NCBI GenBank assembly: GCA_963820525.1
Contig: CAWGAA010000003.1
Span: 576,001 to 640,000 of the forward strand
Direction of reading: 5' to 3'
Source: an uncultured Spirochaetota bacterium
Lineage (GTDB): Bacteria; Spirochaetota; Spirochaetia; SZUA-6; Fen-1364
Length of the DNA: 64,000 nt
Positions 31,170 to 40,537 of the stretch are shown piece by piece. The position numbers and the translations under genes are program-made. Positions within the stretch are counted from its first letter, which is position 1. Every line of letters begins with the position of its first letter. Below the pieces are notes generated by a model, which saw only the letters and a program-made list of their open reading frames with translations, was not told where the DNA came from and made no database searches.

Positions 31170-32179
31170 TGCGCATCCTTTCCGATTGCATCGCTGACTA
31201 TTCTTTCGACAATCCGGCCGATGTCCAGCCCCGCTCGCGCCGCGGCGGCGACGAACCCCGAATCCGGTGCGATGCAGGGGTTCGTGTTGATCTCAAGCAC
31301 CCAGGGGTTTCCGTGCGCGTCGACTCGGAAGTCCACCCTCGCGTAGCCGCGCAGAGCGAACAGGTCCCAGCACGCGCGGGAGATGCCGACAAGCTTCGGC
31401 AGGAGCGGACGGTCCTCTTCGGCAAAATCGAAGCGCCGCGGCGTATTGTTGAACTCGTAGGAAGCCTCGTCCCATTTCGCCTTGAATCCGACCACGCGCG
31501 GCTTTCCCTCGGGATAGCCGTGAAACTCGATCTCGGCCGGAGGGAGGCTCTCCGGGTTGGCCGGGTCCCCCGTTCCTCCCAGGAGGGCGAGGTTGAACTC
31601 CCTGCCGTCCACGTACGACTCCACGTAGACGTCCCCGATTCCGCCGTTCGCGGCCCGCCGCTCGATCTGCGCCTGGAGCGCGCCGGAGGAGGAGGCGACG
31701 GCCTCGTCGTCCAACCCTATGGAGGCGTGCTCCCAGACATCCTTGATGATGTAGGGCGGGCCGAAGGGAGGTACGTCTCCGCTTCTCAGGCGCGAGGCCT
31801 CGAGCCACGGCGGCGTGGCGATCCCCGCGCGGCTCAGGAGCTTCTTTGCCAGGAGCTTGTTGGATGTGAGGAAGATCGCCTCTGTGGTCGCGCCCGTGAA
31901 GGGGATGCGCATGCTGCCCAGCAGGCTGGGCAGCACCGCTATGAGCCTGCCCTTGCCCGCCAGCGTTTCGACGAGATTGAAAACAAATGCGGGACGGGCC
32001 CTGGCAAGCGCGTCGGCCGCGGCCGAAAGATCGAGGCTCACCCGCAGGTCCGCTGCGTCCCAGCCGAGGCCGAGCAGGGCCGAGCGAACCGTTTCAGCCT
32101 GGATCAGGGTGTCTTTCTCATCCACGGACGCCTCTGATTCGACCGTTCCGTAGAGGATCAGGGCTTTTCCTCTCTTCAT
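31166..32179 (-). CDS. D-Ala-D-Ala ligase-like ATP-grasp enzyme
   Basis: VFNLVE, IPFTG, EHASIG, YVDGREFN, GYARVDFR, LEINTNP. Start placed at ATG 32179. Confidence 0.9.
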   Translation of the reverse strand: MKRGKALILYGTVESEASVDEKDTLIQAETVRSALLGLGWDAADLRVSLDLSAAADALARARPAFVFNLVETLAGKGRLIAVLPSLLGSMRIPFTGATTEAIFLTSNKLLAKKLLSRAGIATPPWLEASRLRSGDVPPFGPPYIIKDVWEHASIGLDDEAVASSSGALQAQIERRAANGGIGDVYVESYVDGREFNLALLGGTGDPANPESLPPAEIEFHGYPEGKPRVVGFKAKWDEASYEFNNTPRRFDFAEEDRPLLPKLVGISRACWDLFALRGYARVDFRVDAHGNPWVLEINTNPCIAPDSGFVAAAARAGLDIGRIVERIVSDAIGKDAQ

Positions 32180-32276
32180 TATGCGTCTCTCGTGCCTGGT
32201 AAAGACAAGAGCGCGCCGCGGATCCGCGGCGCGCCTCAATTCCAGCAAGCGAAGGGCCTGTCTGACCAGCCCTCTA

Positions 32277-33632
32277 TCAGGCGGATTCCCCGGTTTGGCT
32301 TTCGCCGCACGGGGAGGCGGACGCCGCCGGGCACGGCGCGCCGCCTATCGAGTCCGGATAGCGGAAGTACAGGCCTTGATAGTTCCTCAGGATGAGATCG
32401 CTCCCGTCCCTTCCCACGACGTATTCGGGAAGGAGGGGGATCTTTCCGCCACCCTGGGGGGCGTCGATCACGTAGCTGGGCACCGCGTATCCCGTGGTGT
32501 GGCCACGAAGCCCCTGGATGATCTCCAGGCCCTTGGCCACCGGCGTGCGGAAGTGGGATGAGCCCGTGATGGGATCACACTGGTACAGGTAGTAGGGCTT
32601 CACCCGCGCCTTGAGCAGGCCGTGCATGAGGCTTTTCATCGTATCAACGGAGTCGTTGATGCCCGAGAGCAGAACAGTCTGGCTTCCCAGGGGAATGCCC
32701 GCGTCCGCCAGCCTGGCGCACGCCTCCTGGGTCTCCGCAGTGAGCTCATCCGGGTGGGTGAAGTGAATGCTCATCCACAGGGGATGGTAGCGCTTCAGCA
32801 TCCGGGTGAGGGAGGGGGTGACGCGCTGGGGAAGCACAACGGGGACTTTCGTCCCGATTCTGATCATCTCCACGTGCGGGATTCTGCGCACCCGGCTCAA
32901 GAGCCAGTCCAGTTTGTCGTCCGACAGCGTCAGAGGATCTCCCCCGGACAAAAGAACGTCGCGCACCTCGGGGTGAGCCTCGATGTAGGCGATGGCCTGC
33001 TCCCACTGGGCGTGGAAGAAGGGGTTCCTATCCGGGTTTTCCACCATGCGCGAGCGCGTGCAGTACCGGCAGTTCGAGGCGCACGAGTTTGCCACGAGGA
33101 ACAGCACCCTGTCGGGATAGCGGTGAACGAGGCCGGGCACGGGGCTGTCCCTGTCCTCGCCCAGCGGGTCCTCGGCCTCTCCCGGCATGGAGATGAACTC
33201 GTCGGTGACGGGGATCATGGTCCGCCGGATGGGCTGCTCCCGGTTGTCGGGGTCCACGAGGCTGAGGTAGTAGGGCGTGATGACGAAGGGAAACGAGCCC
33301 TTGCGCTTGGCGATTGCCAGCCGCTCGTCCTCGGACAGCCTTACGATCCGCTCCAGCTCGTCGAGCCCGCGAATGCGGTTTCGAAGCTGCCAGCGCCAGT
33401 CGCACCATTCCGCGCTCGTCGTGTACGGAAAATAGCGCGTGCGGAACTCTTCCGCCCCGGCCGAGATTGGAAACTTAAGGGGTTGGCTGGTGGCCCGCTT
33501 TATTGAGCGGGGATAGGAAACGAACGACGGGATTGAGGTCCGCAATCCGGCGAGCTCGCCTTCGAGTTCCCGGACTACGGGCATAGTACCTGGAGGTTCT
33601 GCCTCCTCGGTGCTGAGCACTCTGCTTTCCAT
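32277..33632 (-). CDS. kamA: KamA family radical SAM aminomutase (lysine/glutamate 2,3-aminomutase-like)
   Basis: DWRWQL, DPLGED, HRYPDRVL, CASNCRYC, LLSGGDPL, QTVLLSGIND, DAPQGGGKIP. Confidence 0.92.
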   Translation of the reverse strand: MESRVLSTEEAEPPGTMPVVRELEGELAGLRTSIPSFVSYPRSIKRATSQPLKFPISAGAEEFRTRYFPYTTSAEWCDWRWQLRNRIRGLDELERIVRLSEDERLAIAKRKGSFPFVITPYYLSLVDPDNREQPIRRTMIPVTDEFISMPGEAEDPLGEDRDSPVPGLVHRYPDRVLFLVANSCASNCRYCTRSRMVENPDRNPFFHAQWEQAIAYIEAHPEVRDVLLSGGDPLTLSDDKLDWLLSRVRRIPHVEMIRIGTKVPVVLPQRVTPSLTRMLKRYHPLWMSIHFTHPDELTAETQEACARLADAGIPLGSQTVLLSGINDSVDTMKSLMHGLLKARVKPYYLYQCDPITGSSHFRTPVAKGLEIIQGLRGHTTGYAVPSYVIDAPQGGGKIPLLPEYVVGRDGSDLILRNYQGLYFRYPDSIGGAPCPAASASPCGESQTGESA

Positions 33633-33993
33633 TTTCTCTTCAGACTCCTTGGTCTATCTCATAAGATCGAAGGGAACAACGTTCCCCACGCTCGGTTCGC
33701 GAGAGCTCTCTAGGTGCTGTCATGCTTTACGTGTTCGACATGCGCCCTTGAGTTCCCCTCCCCTGGGTCGGCCTTTCGGCCACCATGCCCGTCGGCGTCG
33801 TGCGCCCACGAACATGGATCTCGATTCAATCTATACTACACGACAAAGAAGATTGCAAGGGTTTTCTTCGTCAAAGAAAAAATATTTCTTCGCGTCGGCG
33901 GACGCCGCCGATTCCCGCGGCCGCGCTCACGCATCCCTTCAGGTATCTTATCGGAGAATTCGCGAAAAAGTTCTGCTATACTCTCAGGCGGTC

Positions 33994-35340
33994 ATGCGGC
34001 GCATCATTGTGGTGGGCGGTGGTCCCGCGGGGTTCATGGCGGCGCTCGCGGCCGCCGAACGGGCGCGGGAGGCGGCGGTCGTGGAGGTGATCGAATCGGG
34101 CACGGCGCTCGCCACGCTTCTCAGGACGGGAGGCGGCCGATGCAACCTCACAAACGCAGCTTCAAGCCCCCGGGAGCTGTGCGCCTCCTACCCCCGCGGA
34201 GATAAATTCCTCCTTTCCGTGTTCTCGCGTTTCTCGGCCCTGCAAACAATGGAGTGGTTCCGCTCCCAAGGCTTTCCCCTCGTCGTGGAGAATGAAGGGA
34301 GGGTTTTTCCTGCATCGGGCCGCGCTGCCGACGTTCGGGACCTCCTGCGCTCGCTTGCCGCGCGACATGGCGTGCGGGTGAGGGAAAACACGCCGGTCTT
34401 CCGCGTCGGGAGAGGGGTTTCCGGCTTTGTTGTGGAAACTCCCGCCGGCGCCGAGGCGGCGGACGCCCTCATCATCGCCACCGGCGGAGACAGGCGCCGG
34501 GGTTCCGGGGACGCTCGGCGCCGCAATTCCGCTTTAGGCCGGCGCAAAGGTCCAGGAGATGGCCGGAGCCTGGAGACTGGACGCGGCCGCCCGGGCCGCG
34601 TCCCCGCTTCCGGCTACAGCCTGGCGCGCGGCATGGGGCACGAGGTCACGCCTCTTGCTCCATCGCTTTCCGCGCTGGTGACCGCGGAAAGATGGCCGGC
34701 AAGGCTCGCGGGATTAACCGTAAGCGGCGCCCGCGCCAAAGTGACCTTCCAAGGCGACCTCATAGCCGACGAGCGGGGAGACCTCCTCTTCACCCATCGG
34801 GGGATTTCAGGCCCCCTCGCCTTTCGCGTCTCCTCCCGCGCGGCCTTTCTGCCCTTCTGCCCGGCATCCCCCTTGAGCCTGTCGATCTCTGCGGCCCCGG
34901 ATGAAAATGCTGAGACGGTTGAGGAGGATCTTTTTCGATCTTTCATATCGCACCCCAGGCAGTCGGTGCTTACGGCGCTCCGTGCCCGGCTGCCGCGCTC
35001 GCTGGCCAATGCCGTGCTTTCGCTTGCGGGGATCGACCCCGAGCGCCTCGGCTCCCAGGTGAAGCGGGAGGACCGAAAGAGGCTCTCGCGGCTCGTCTGC
35101 TGTATTCCCCTTTCCATCGTATCGCGGGAGTCCGGAGAAGAGATGGTCACCGCCGGAGGCGTCGATCTGGATCAGGTGGATCCCAAAACCATGGGATCCC
35201 GCCTGGCTCCGGGGCTTTTTTTCTGCGGCGAGGTTCTCAACATCGACGGGTTCACGGGAGGCTTCAACCTCCAGGCCTGCTGGTCTACGGGCTATCTGGC
35301 CGGCAGGGGCGCCGCCGCCTTCGTCACGAGGCACTCGTGA
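33994..35340 (+). CDS. HI0933/BaiN family flavoprotein
   Basis: GGGPAG, TGGGRCNLTN, GRVFP, LFTHRGISGP, VTAGGV, TGGFNLQ. Confidence 0.92.
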   Translation: MRRIIVVGGGPAGFMAALAAAERAREAAVVEVIESGTALATLLRTGGGRCNLTNAASSPRELCASYPRGDKFLLSVFSRFSALQTMEWFRSQGFPLVVENEGRVFPASGRAADVRDLLRSLAARHGVRVRENTPVFRVGRGVSGFVVETPAGAEAADALIIATGGDRRRGSGDARRRNSALGRRKGPGDGRSLETGRGRPGRVPASGYSLARGMGHEVTPLAPSLSALVTAERWPARLAGLTVSGARAKVTFQGDLIADERGDLLFTHRGISGPLAFRVSSRAAFLPFCPASPLSLSISAAPDENAETVEEDLFRSFISHPRQSVLTALRARLPRSLANAVLSLAGIDPERLGSQVKREDRKRLSRLVCCIPLSIVSRESGEEMVTAGGVDLDQVDPKTMGSRLAPGLFFCGEVLNIDGFTGGFNLQACWSTGYLAGRGAAAFVTRHS

Positions 35341-35348
35341 CGAAGGCG
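35316..35348. repeat. 15-bp perfect inverted repeat over the HI0933 stop codon
   Basis: CGCCTTCGTCACGAG-GCA-CTCGTGACGAAGGCG. Confidence 0.85.
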
Positions 35349-35374
35349 CCCACTTGAAGTATGTTAGGGGTGGA

Positions 35375-36721
35375 ATGAACTCAAACGGCGTGCAAGGCGG
35401 CCGCGCCATCCTCGTCGGCGTGGAGAAGAAAGGGGCCCACTCTCCGTGGACCGTCCACGATTCGCTCGAGGAGCTGGGCCAGCTTGCCTCCACGGCCGGG
35501 CTCACCGTGGCCGGCGTCTCGTACCAGAAGCTCCTCCACCCCGACCCTTCGACCTATGTCGGCTCAGGCAAGGTCGAAGAGCTCAGGCAGATCGCGGCGG
35601 CTGAAAACGCGGGGTACCTCGTCTTCGACGAGGAGCTCTCCCCCGGACAGCAAAGGAAGCTGGAGAAGAGCCTTGGCGACGGGGTTCGGATCATCGACAG
35701 GACGCGCCTCATCCTCGACATCTTCAGCCGGCACGCACACTCCAAGGAGGGCAAGCTCCAGGTCGAGCTTGCCGAGTACCAGTACCTCCTGCCCCGTCTG
35801 ACGGGCTTGAGAATGGACCTGGAACAGCAGGTGGGAGGCTCCGGAGCCGGCCCCGTAGGCCTTCGTGGACCGGGAGAGACTCAGCTCGAGCTCGACCGCA
35901 GGCAGGTGCGCAGGCGCATCCAGAAGCTCAAGGGAGACCTGGAGGAGGTGCGCACCCACCGGGAAATGCATCGGGCGCAGCGAGCGAGGTCGGGGATCCC
36001 CGTGGTCTCCATCGTGGGCTACACCAATGCGGGCAAAAGCTCGCTGCTCAATGCCCTCACCGGCGCCGGAGTGCTCGTTGAGGACAAGCTGTTCGCCACC
36101 CTGGATCCCACCACCCGCAGGCTCCGCCTTCCCAGCGGCCGGGAAGTTCTGCTCACGGATACGGTCGGCTTCATCCGGAAGCTTCCCCACGACCTGGTGG
36201 CGGCCTTCCGCGCCACCCTGGAGGGGATCGAGGAGGCCGCCTTGATCCTGCACGTTGTGGACGCAAGCCACCCCCGGGCGCTGGACCAGATTTCGGCGGT
36301 GGAATCCACGCTCACGAGCCTCGAGGTGATCAATACAAAGCAGCTGCTCGTGTGGAACAAGATCGACCTGCCGCCGGCGTCCGGCATCGCCCCCGGCTTT
36401 CCGTCGTCGCATCACGAGTGGGTCAAGGTGAGCGCCCTCACGGGAAAGAATCTCGACCTGCTTCTGGAGAAGATCGAGGAGATGCTCCAGGACTCCCTCG
36501 TTTCCCTGGAAGCCGTGATTCCCTATCGCCGCTACGATCTTGTGACGAGCGCCTACGAGCAGGGGACCGTGGAGGAGAGGGAGGAGACGCCCCACGGCGT
36601 GCGCCTTCGCGCCTCGGTGCCGAAGTCACTCGCGGAGCGGATATGGGCGGCCGCGGGCATGGAGGGCAAGGGCCCTCCGGAGGTCAATCCCCGGAAACCG
36701 CGCGGAAGTGGAGTTTCTTGA
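35375..36721 (+). CDS. hflX: GTPase HflX
   Basis: LILDIF...EGKLQVELA, RGPGETQLELDRR, GYTNAGKS, LFATLDPT, DTVGF, NKID. Confidence 0.96.
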   Translation: MNSNGVQGGRAILVGVEKKGAHSPWTVHDSLEELGQLASTAGLTVAGVSYQKLLHPDPSTYVGSGKVEELRQIAAAENAGYLVFDEELSPGQQRKLEKSLGDGVRIIDRTRLILDIFSRHAHSKEGKLQVELAEYQYLLPRLTGLRMDLEQQVGGSGAGPVGLRGPGETQLELDRRQVRRRIQKLKGDLEEVRTHREMHRAQRARSGIPVVSIVGYTNAGKSSLLNALTGAGVLVEDKLFATLDPTTRRLRLPSGREVLLTDTVGFIRKLPHDLVAAFRATLEGIEEAALILHVVDASHPRALDQISAVESTLTSLEVINTKQLLVWNKIDLPPASGIAPGFPSSHHEWVKVSALTGKNLDLLLEKIEEMLQDSLVSLEAVIPYRRYDLVTSAYEQGTVEEREETPHGVRLRASVPKSLAERIWAAAGMEGKGPPEVNPRKPRGSGVS

Positions 36722-38069
36722 GGTGATGCCGCGACCAGAGCCAGGAAGCGGGCAGGATCGCGATGTTGCCCAGGCCCACGGCCGCAAACACCCCGTACAT
36801 CCCCCAGCCGAAGCCTGAGGCAAACAGATAGGCGAGCGGCACGGCAAGCAGCCCGATGCGCATCACGGTGATGACCAGCGCCGGGATGGGAGTACCCGTT
36901 CCCTGGAAGGTTCCGCCGGCGATTATCGCGCTTGCCACGCCGATATACGTGAAGGAGAGAAAGCGCACCTGGGCGGCGCTCCCCCCGATGACGGTTTCAA
37001 CCCCGGAGAAGGCCCGAAAGATGGTGGGCGCGAACAGCGAGTAGAGCGCCGCGATGCCCACGATGACGAGGATGCTGGTGAAGATGTTCGCGTCGTTCAC
37101 CTGCCGGAGCCTCTGAAGGTTCTTCCTGCCGTAGTTCTGGCCGACCATGGTGATGTTCGCGGCGGAGATGGCGAAGAGGGGCACGAGCACGAGCTGGTCC
37201 ACCCTCCCCACCAGAGACCAGGAGTTCATCTCCGCCTCTCCTATCCCGCTCACCAGCTTGTTCAGCAGCATGAAGGAGACGGCCATGGAGAGCATTCCGA
37301 TGGATTGGGGGAATCCGATGCGGACGATCTCGCCCACCAGCCGCCGGCGGGCCTTGAAGATGTTGAGGCTGAACGGGATGGACGAGCGGCCCGTGGGAAA
37401 CACGTACGCCGTGTACAGCGAGGCGATGCCGAGGGAGATGGAGGTGGCCAGGGCGGCACCGGCCACGCCCATGTGGAACGTGAATATGAAAAGAGGATCC
37501 AGGCCGATGTTGGCCACGGTGGAGATGGTCATTCCTATGGCGATGTATTTGGTTCGGCCCTCCCCCTGGAGGATCCCGATGATGACCTCGATGAAAAGCA
37601 TCAGGGCGAGCCCGGGAAGGACGTAGCGGAAGTACTCGATTCCATAGCCGATGGCTTCCGCGCTCATCCCCTTGCCGGCAAGAAGCCCGACGATGTCGTC
37701 TATGTAGATGTATCCCGCCGCCAGGGAGACCACGGAGATGGCGGCGGCGAGCAGGAAGCCGGAGCTCGCGATCCTGCGCAGCGCGGCGTGGTTTCCCTCA
37801 CCGATGCTTCGGGCAACGAGGGTGCTCACGCCCACGGCTAGCCCGGACGCCAGCGCCGTGAAGAGGAAGAACACGGGGAACACGATCCCGGTGCCGCTGA
37901 TCAGGGCGGTGGAGCTCCTGTCGATCAGGGATATGAAGACCGTATCGACGATATTGTAGAGGAAATTGAAGAAGTTCGCCAGCAGGATCGGAAGCCCCAG
38001 CTTTATAGTGACGGGCAGGACCGGCCCCTCGAACATGCCATGAATCTCGTGGATTTTAGCATCCGCCAT
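36684..38069 (-). CDS. MATE family efflux transporter
   Basis: LYNIVDTVF, NIGLDPLFIF...GVAGAALAT, VGQNYG. Confidence 0.92.
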   Translation of the reverse strand: MADAKIHEIHGMFEGPVLPVTIKLGLPILLANFFNFLYNIVDTVFISLIDRSSTALISGTGIVFPVFFLFTALASGLAVGVSTLVARSIGEGNHAALRRIASSGFLLAAAISVVSLAAGYIYIDDIVGLLAGKGMSAEAIGYGIEYFRYVLPGLALMLFIEVIIGILQGEGRTKYIAIGMTISTVANIGLDPLFIFTFHMGVAGAALATSISLGIASLYTAYVFPTGRSSIPFSLNIFKARRRLVGEIVRIGFPQSIGMLSMAVSFMLLNKLVSGIGEAEMNSWSLVGRVDQLVLVPLFAISAANITMVGQNYGRKNLQRLRQVNDANIFTSILVIVGIAALYSLFAPTIFRAFSGVETVIGGSAAQVRFLSFTYIGVASAIIAGGTFQGTGTPIPALVITVMRIGLLAVPLAYLFASGFGWGMYGVFAAVGLGNIAILPASWLWSRHHLKKLHFRAVSGD

Positions 38070-38126
38070 GGAACGGTGAAGATACGGGTTTCGGCCCGAC
38101 GCTGTCAATCCGTCGGGACCCGCGGA

Positions 38127-39146
38127 TCAACTCCCGGCTGCGTCCTGCTCATGGTTCGCGGTCTGGCGGGCGGCGTTGCGCCTCCCGAATCTGTGGTTTC
38201 TCGCGGCGCAGCTGAACGCCAGGACGTTCTCCCAGGGAGTCTCGGGAAGGATGGTTTCGGAAGGGCAGACGATGCACCGCAGGTCTCCGCCCATCTCATC
38301 CATAAGCCGGGAGGTCTCGCCTCGGACGTTCTCGGCGGGGCTCCGGGAAAGGGTCTCCCGCGCGTCCAGTGTCGCGCACGCCACGATCCTTTCTCCCCAG
38401 CGCTCCTTGACCGAGGACGACTCCCGGCGGCCGGTCCCGAGAGGATGGAAGATCTGAAACCCCAGTTCCACCAGATCCGGCGCGACGACCGCGAGATCTC
38501 CGCAGGTGTGGATGAAGAAAACGGCGCGGGGGTATGCGGCCCGCACCCCGGAGAGAACGGACTTCCATGCCGGCTTGATCAGGGAGCGCCAGAGGGCAGG
38601 CGTGATGGAGGCGCCCTGCGGACCGCCCGCGTCGTCCCAGAAAACCAGGACGTCGATTCCCGCGGCCGCGGATTCCTTTGCGAGCCGGAGCGTGAAGCTC
38701 GCGGCCTTCTCAACAACGGCGGCCGCCATCTCCGGTTTCTCCTCCGCATCGGAGACGAAACGATCGAGCCCCCGCAGGCGCCAGGACCGCTCGAAGATGC
38801 TCCCCGCGGAGCCGACGACGGGGTATCCCCGGTCGTGGTACTCGCGCACGGCCTCATCCACCCCGGCGCGGGAGAGCGCGGCGTCGGGATACTCCTCTAT
38901 CTCCGCCACACTGCGCGCTCCCGCGAGCGGAGCCGTAGGCTCCCCGCCGCCGAAGCTCTCCTTCACCGAGGCGATCCTGAAATCGTAGTCGAAATACTCC
39001 GCGGCGTCTCCACGGCTCGTCTCTTCCTTCAGACGGCTCTGGAGGGCGCCGCAGAGCCCGCTTGACGCTCCGACATCGAGAGTGAACGGGATCCAATGGG
39101 GAGTCTTTCCGGAGATGAGAAGATCGAAGTTCTCGCGGGCCGTCAT
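38127..39146 (-). CDS. UroD/MtaA-like family protein (possibly shortened internally)
   Basis: MTARENF, SIFERSWRLRG, WDDAG, FIHTCG, PETPWENV. Confidence 0.75.
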   Translation of the reverse strand: MTARENFDLLISGKTPHWIPFTLDVGASSGLCGALQSRLKEETSRGDAAEYFDYDFRIASVKESFGGGEPTAPLAGARSVAEIEEYPDAALSRAGVDEAVREYHDRGYPVVGSAGSIFERSWRLRGLDRFVSDAEEKPEMAAAVVEKAASFTLRLAKESAAAGIDVLVFWDDAGGPQGASITPALWRSLIKPAWKSVLSGVRAAYPRAVFFIHTCGDLAVVAPDLVELGFQIFHPLGTGRRESSSVKERWGERIVACATLDARETLSRSPAENVRGETSRLMDEMGGDLRCIVCPSETILPETPWENVLAFSCAARNHRFGRRNAARQTANHEQDAAGS

Positions 39147-39275
39147 TGAGGCCTCCCGACCTGAAATGCTAGAACCACTTTCGCGTGCTGTCAAGGAGGG
39201 CACCGGCTCATTGCGCCGCCGGGGCCTCCCTTCTTGACTTTCAGGAGCCGATGTGAAAGAAATTGAAAACCTGTC

Positions 39276-40091
39276 ATGGTTTCCCCTTGCCTGTCCGAAA
39301 AAGCCGCCCGATTGAGAGAGATCCTCCTTTCCCTGAAGAACGTCGCGGTCGCCTGCTCCGGCGGAGTGGACAGCTCGCTCCTTTTGGCCTTTGCGGCCGA
39401 CGCGCTTGGCACGGAAAAGGTCGTTGCCTTCACGGCGCTCTCCGTGCTCATCCCGCGCAGCGAGAAAGGCCAGGCGGCGGAGATCGCGCGCCTTCTCGGC
39501 GTCTCCCACATCGCCGTCGAGTTCTGCCCGCTCAGGGACGAGGCCATCACCGCCAATCGCGCTGAAAGGTGCTACCACTGCAAGCGCGCCGTGTTCACCG
39601 AGCTTTCGCGTAGGGCGGGAGATCACAGCCTGCGCGCTCTGCTCCATGGCGCAAACGTGGACGACCGCGCCGACTTCAGGCCCGGCCAGAAGGCCGCCGA
39701 TGAGCTGGGGGTCCGCGCTCCGCTCCTGGAAGCGGGCCTGTGCAAGGAGGAGATCCGCGCTCTGGCACGGGAGAGGGGGCTTCCCAACTGGGACCAGCCC
39801 GCGATGGCGTGCCTCGCTTCCCGCATCCCCTACGGCACACCCTTGAGCCGCGAGGCCCTGGAGCGGATCGATGACGCCGAGCAGATGCTCCGCGAGCGCT
39901 TCTCCTTCCGGCAGGTGCGGGTTCGGGACCACATGCCCGTGGCGCGCATCGAGGTCGAGCAGGGCGACCTCGCGCGCCTGATCGAGGCCCGCCGCCAGAT
40001 CGTGAGCGGCCTCACCTCCATGGGGTGGCGCTACGTGACCGTCGACCTCACGGGTTTTCGAAGCGGAAGCATGAACGAGGCGCTCCCATGA
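39276..40091 (+). CDS. larE: ATP-dependent sacrificial sulfur transferase LarE
   Basis: SGGVDSS, RCYHCK, DFRPG, PLLEAG, ACLASRIPYG, VRVRDH, GFRSGSMN. Confidence 0.93.
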   Translation: MVSPCLSEKAARLREILLSLKNVAVACSGGVDSSLLLAFAADALGTEKVVAFTALSVLIPRSEKGQAAEIARLLGVSHIAVEFCPLRDEAITANRAERCYHCKRAVFTELSRRAGDHSLRALLHGANVDDRADFRPGQKAADELGVRAPLLEAGLCKEEIRALARERGLPNWDQPAMACLASRIPYGTPLSREALERIDDAEQMLRERFSFRQVRVRDHMPVARIEVEQGDLARLIEARRQIVSGLTSMGWRYVTVDLTGFRSGSMNEALP

Positions 40092-40537
40092 CGGGCTTCG
40101 CGGTTCCCGACCTCCCCCGCCATGACAGGAAGGGGGTCCGCGAGGTCATTCTTGCGGACGGCAAGAGCGTCGAGCAGAGCCTGGCCATCGCCCGCGAGTT
40201 CGTCACGGAGAGCGGCCGGGCGATCCTCAGCAGGATCGGCAAGGAGCTGGAGGGACGCCTTAAAGGGGAGTTCGCGGGGGGTGCGGAGGTGGACTGGGCG
40301 CCCGCATGCAGGGCGGCCGAGGCAGGGCTCCATAGGCTCGTCGAGCCTCTCACAGCCATGATCGAAGAGCACGACGTCGACGTGCTCATCGTCGCGGCCG
40401 GCATGGACGGGGCGCTTCCCTCCGTGGTGGCGGGCCTGGCTCCCGTTTCCGTCGTGGGGCTCCCCACCTCCGTCGGCTACGTGGCCGACATGATCGCCAA
40501 CCGCGCGGCCGCATTCCGCGAAGCACGGCAGGCATGA
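40088..40537 (+). pseudogene. larB: LarB (NPN cofactor carboxylase), internally deleted
   Basis: Keeps EVILADGK, AGLHRL, AAGMDGALPSVVAGL and PTSVGY, but is only 149 aa and lacks the GTSD and LNSC/NIDNGFGA segments. Confidence 0.75.

Noticed and set aside
38127..39932. 601-aa ORF as a fusion protein
   Set aside because: Its first 262 codons are largely antisense to larE; a promoter and RBS support a start at 39146.
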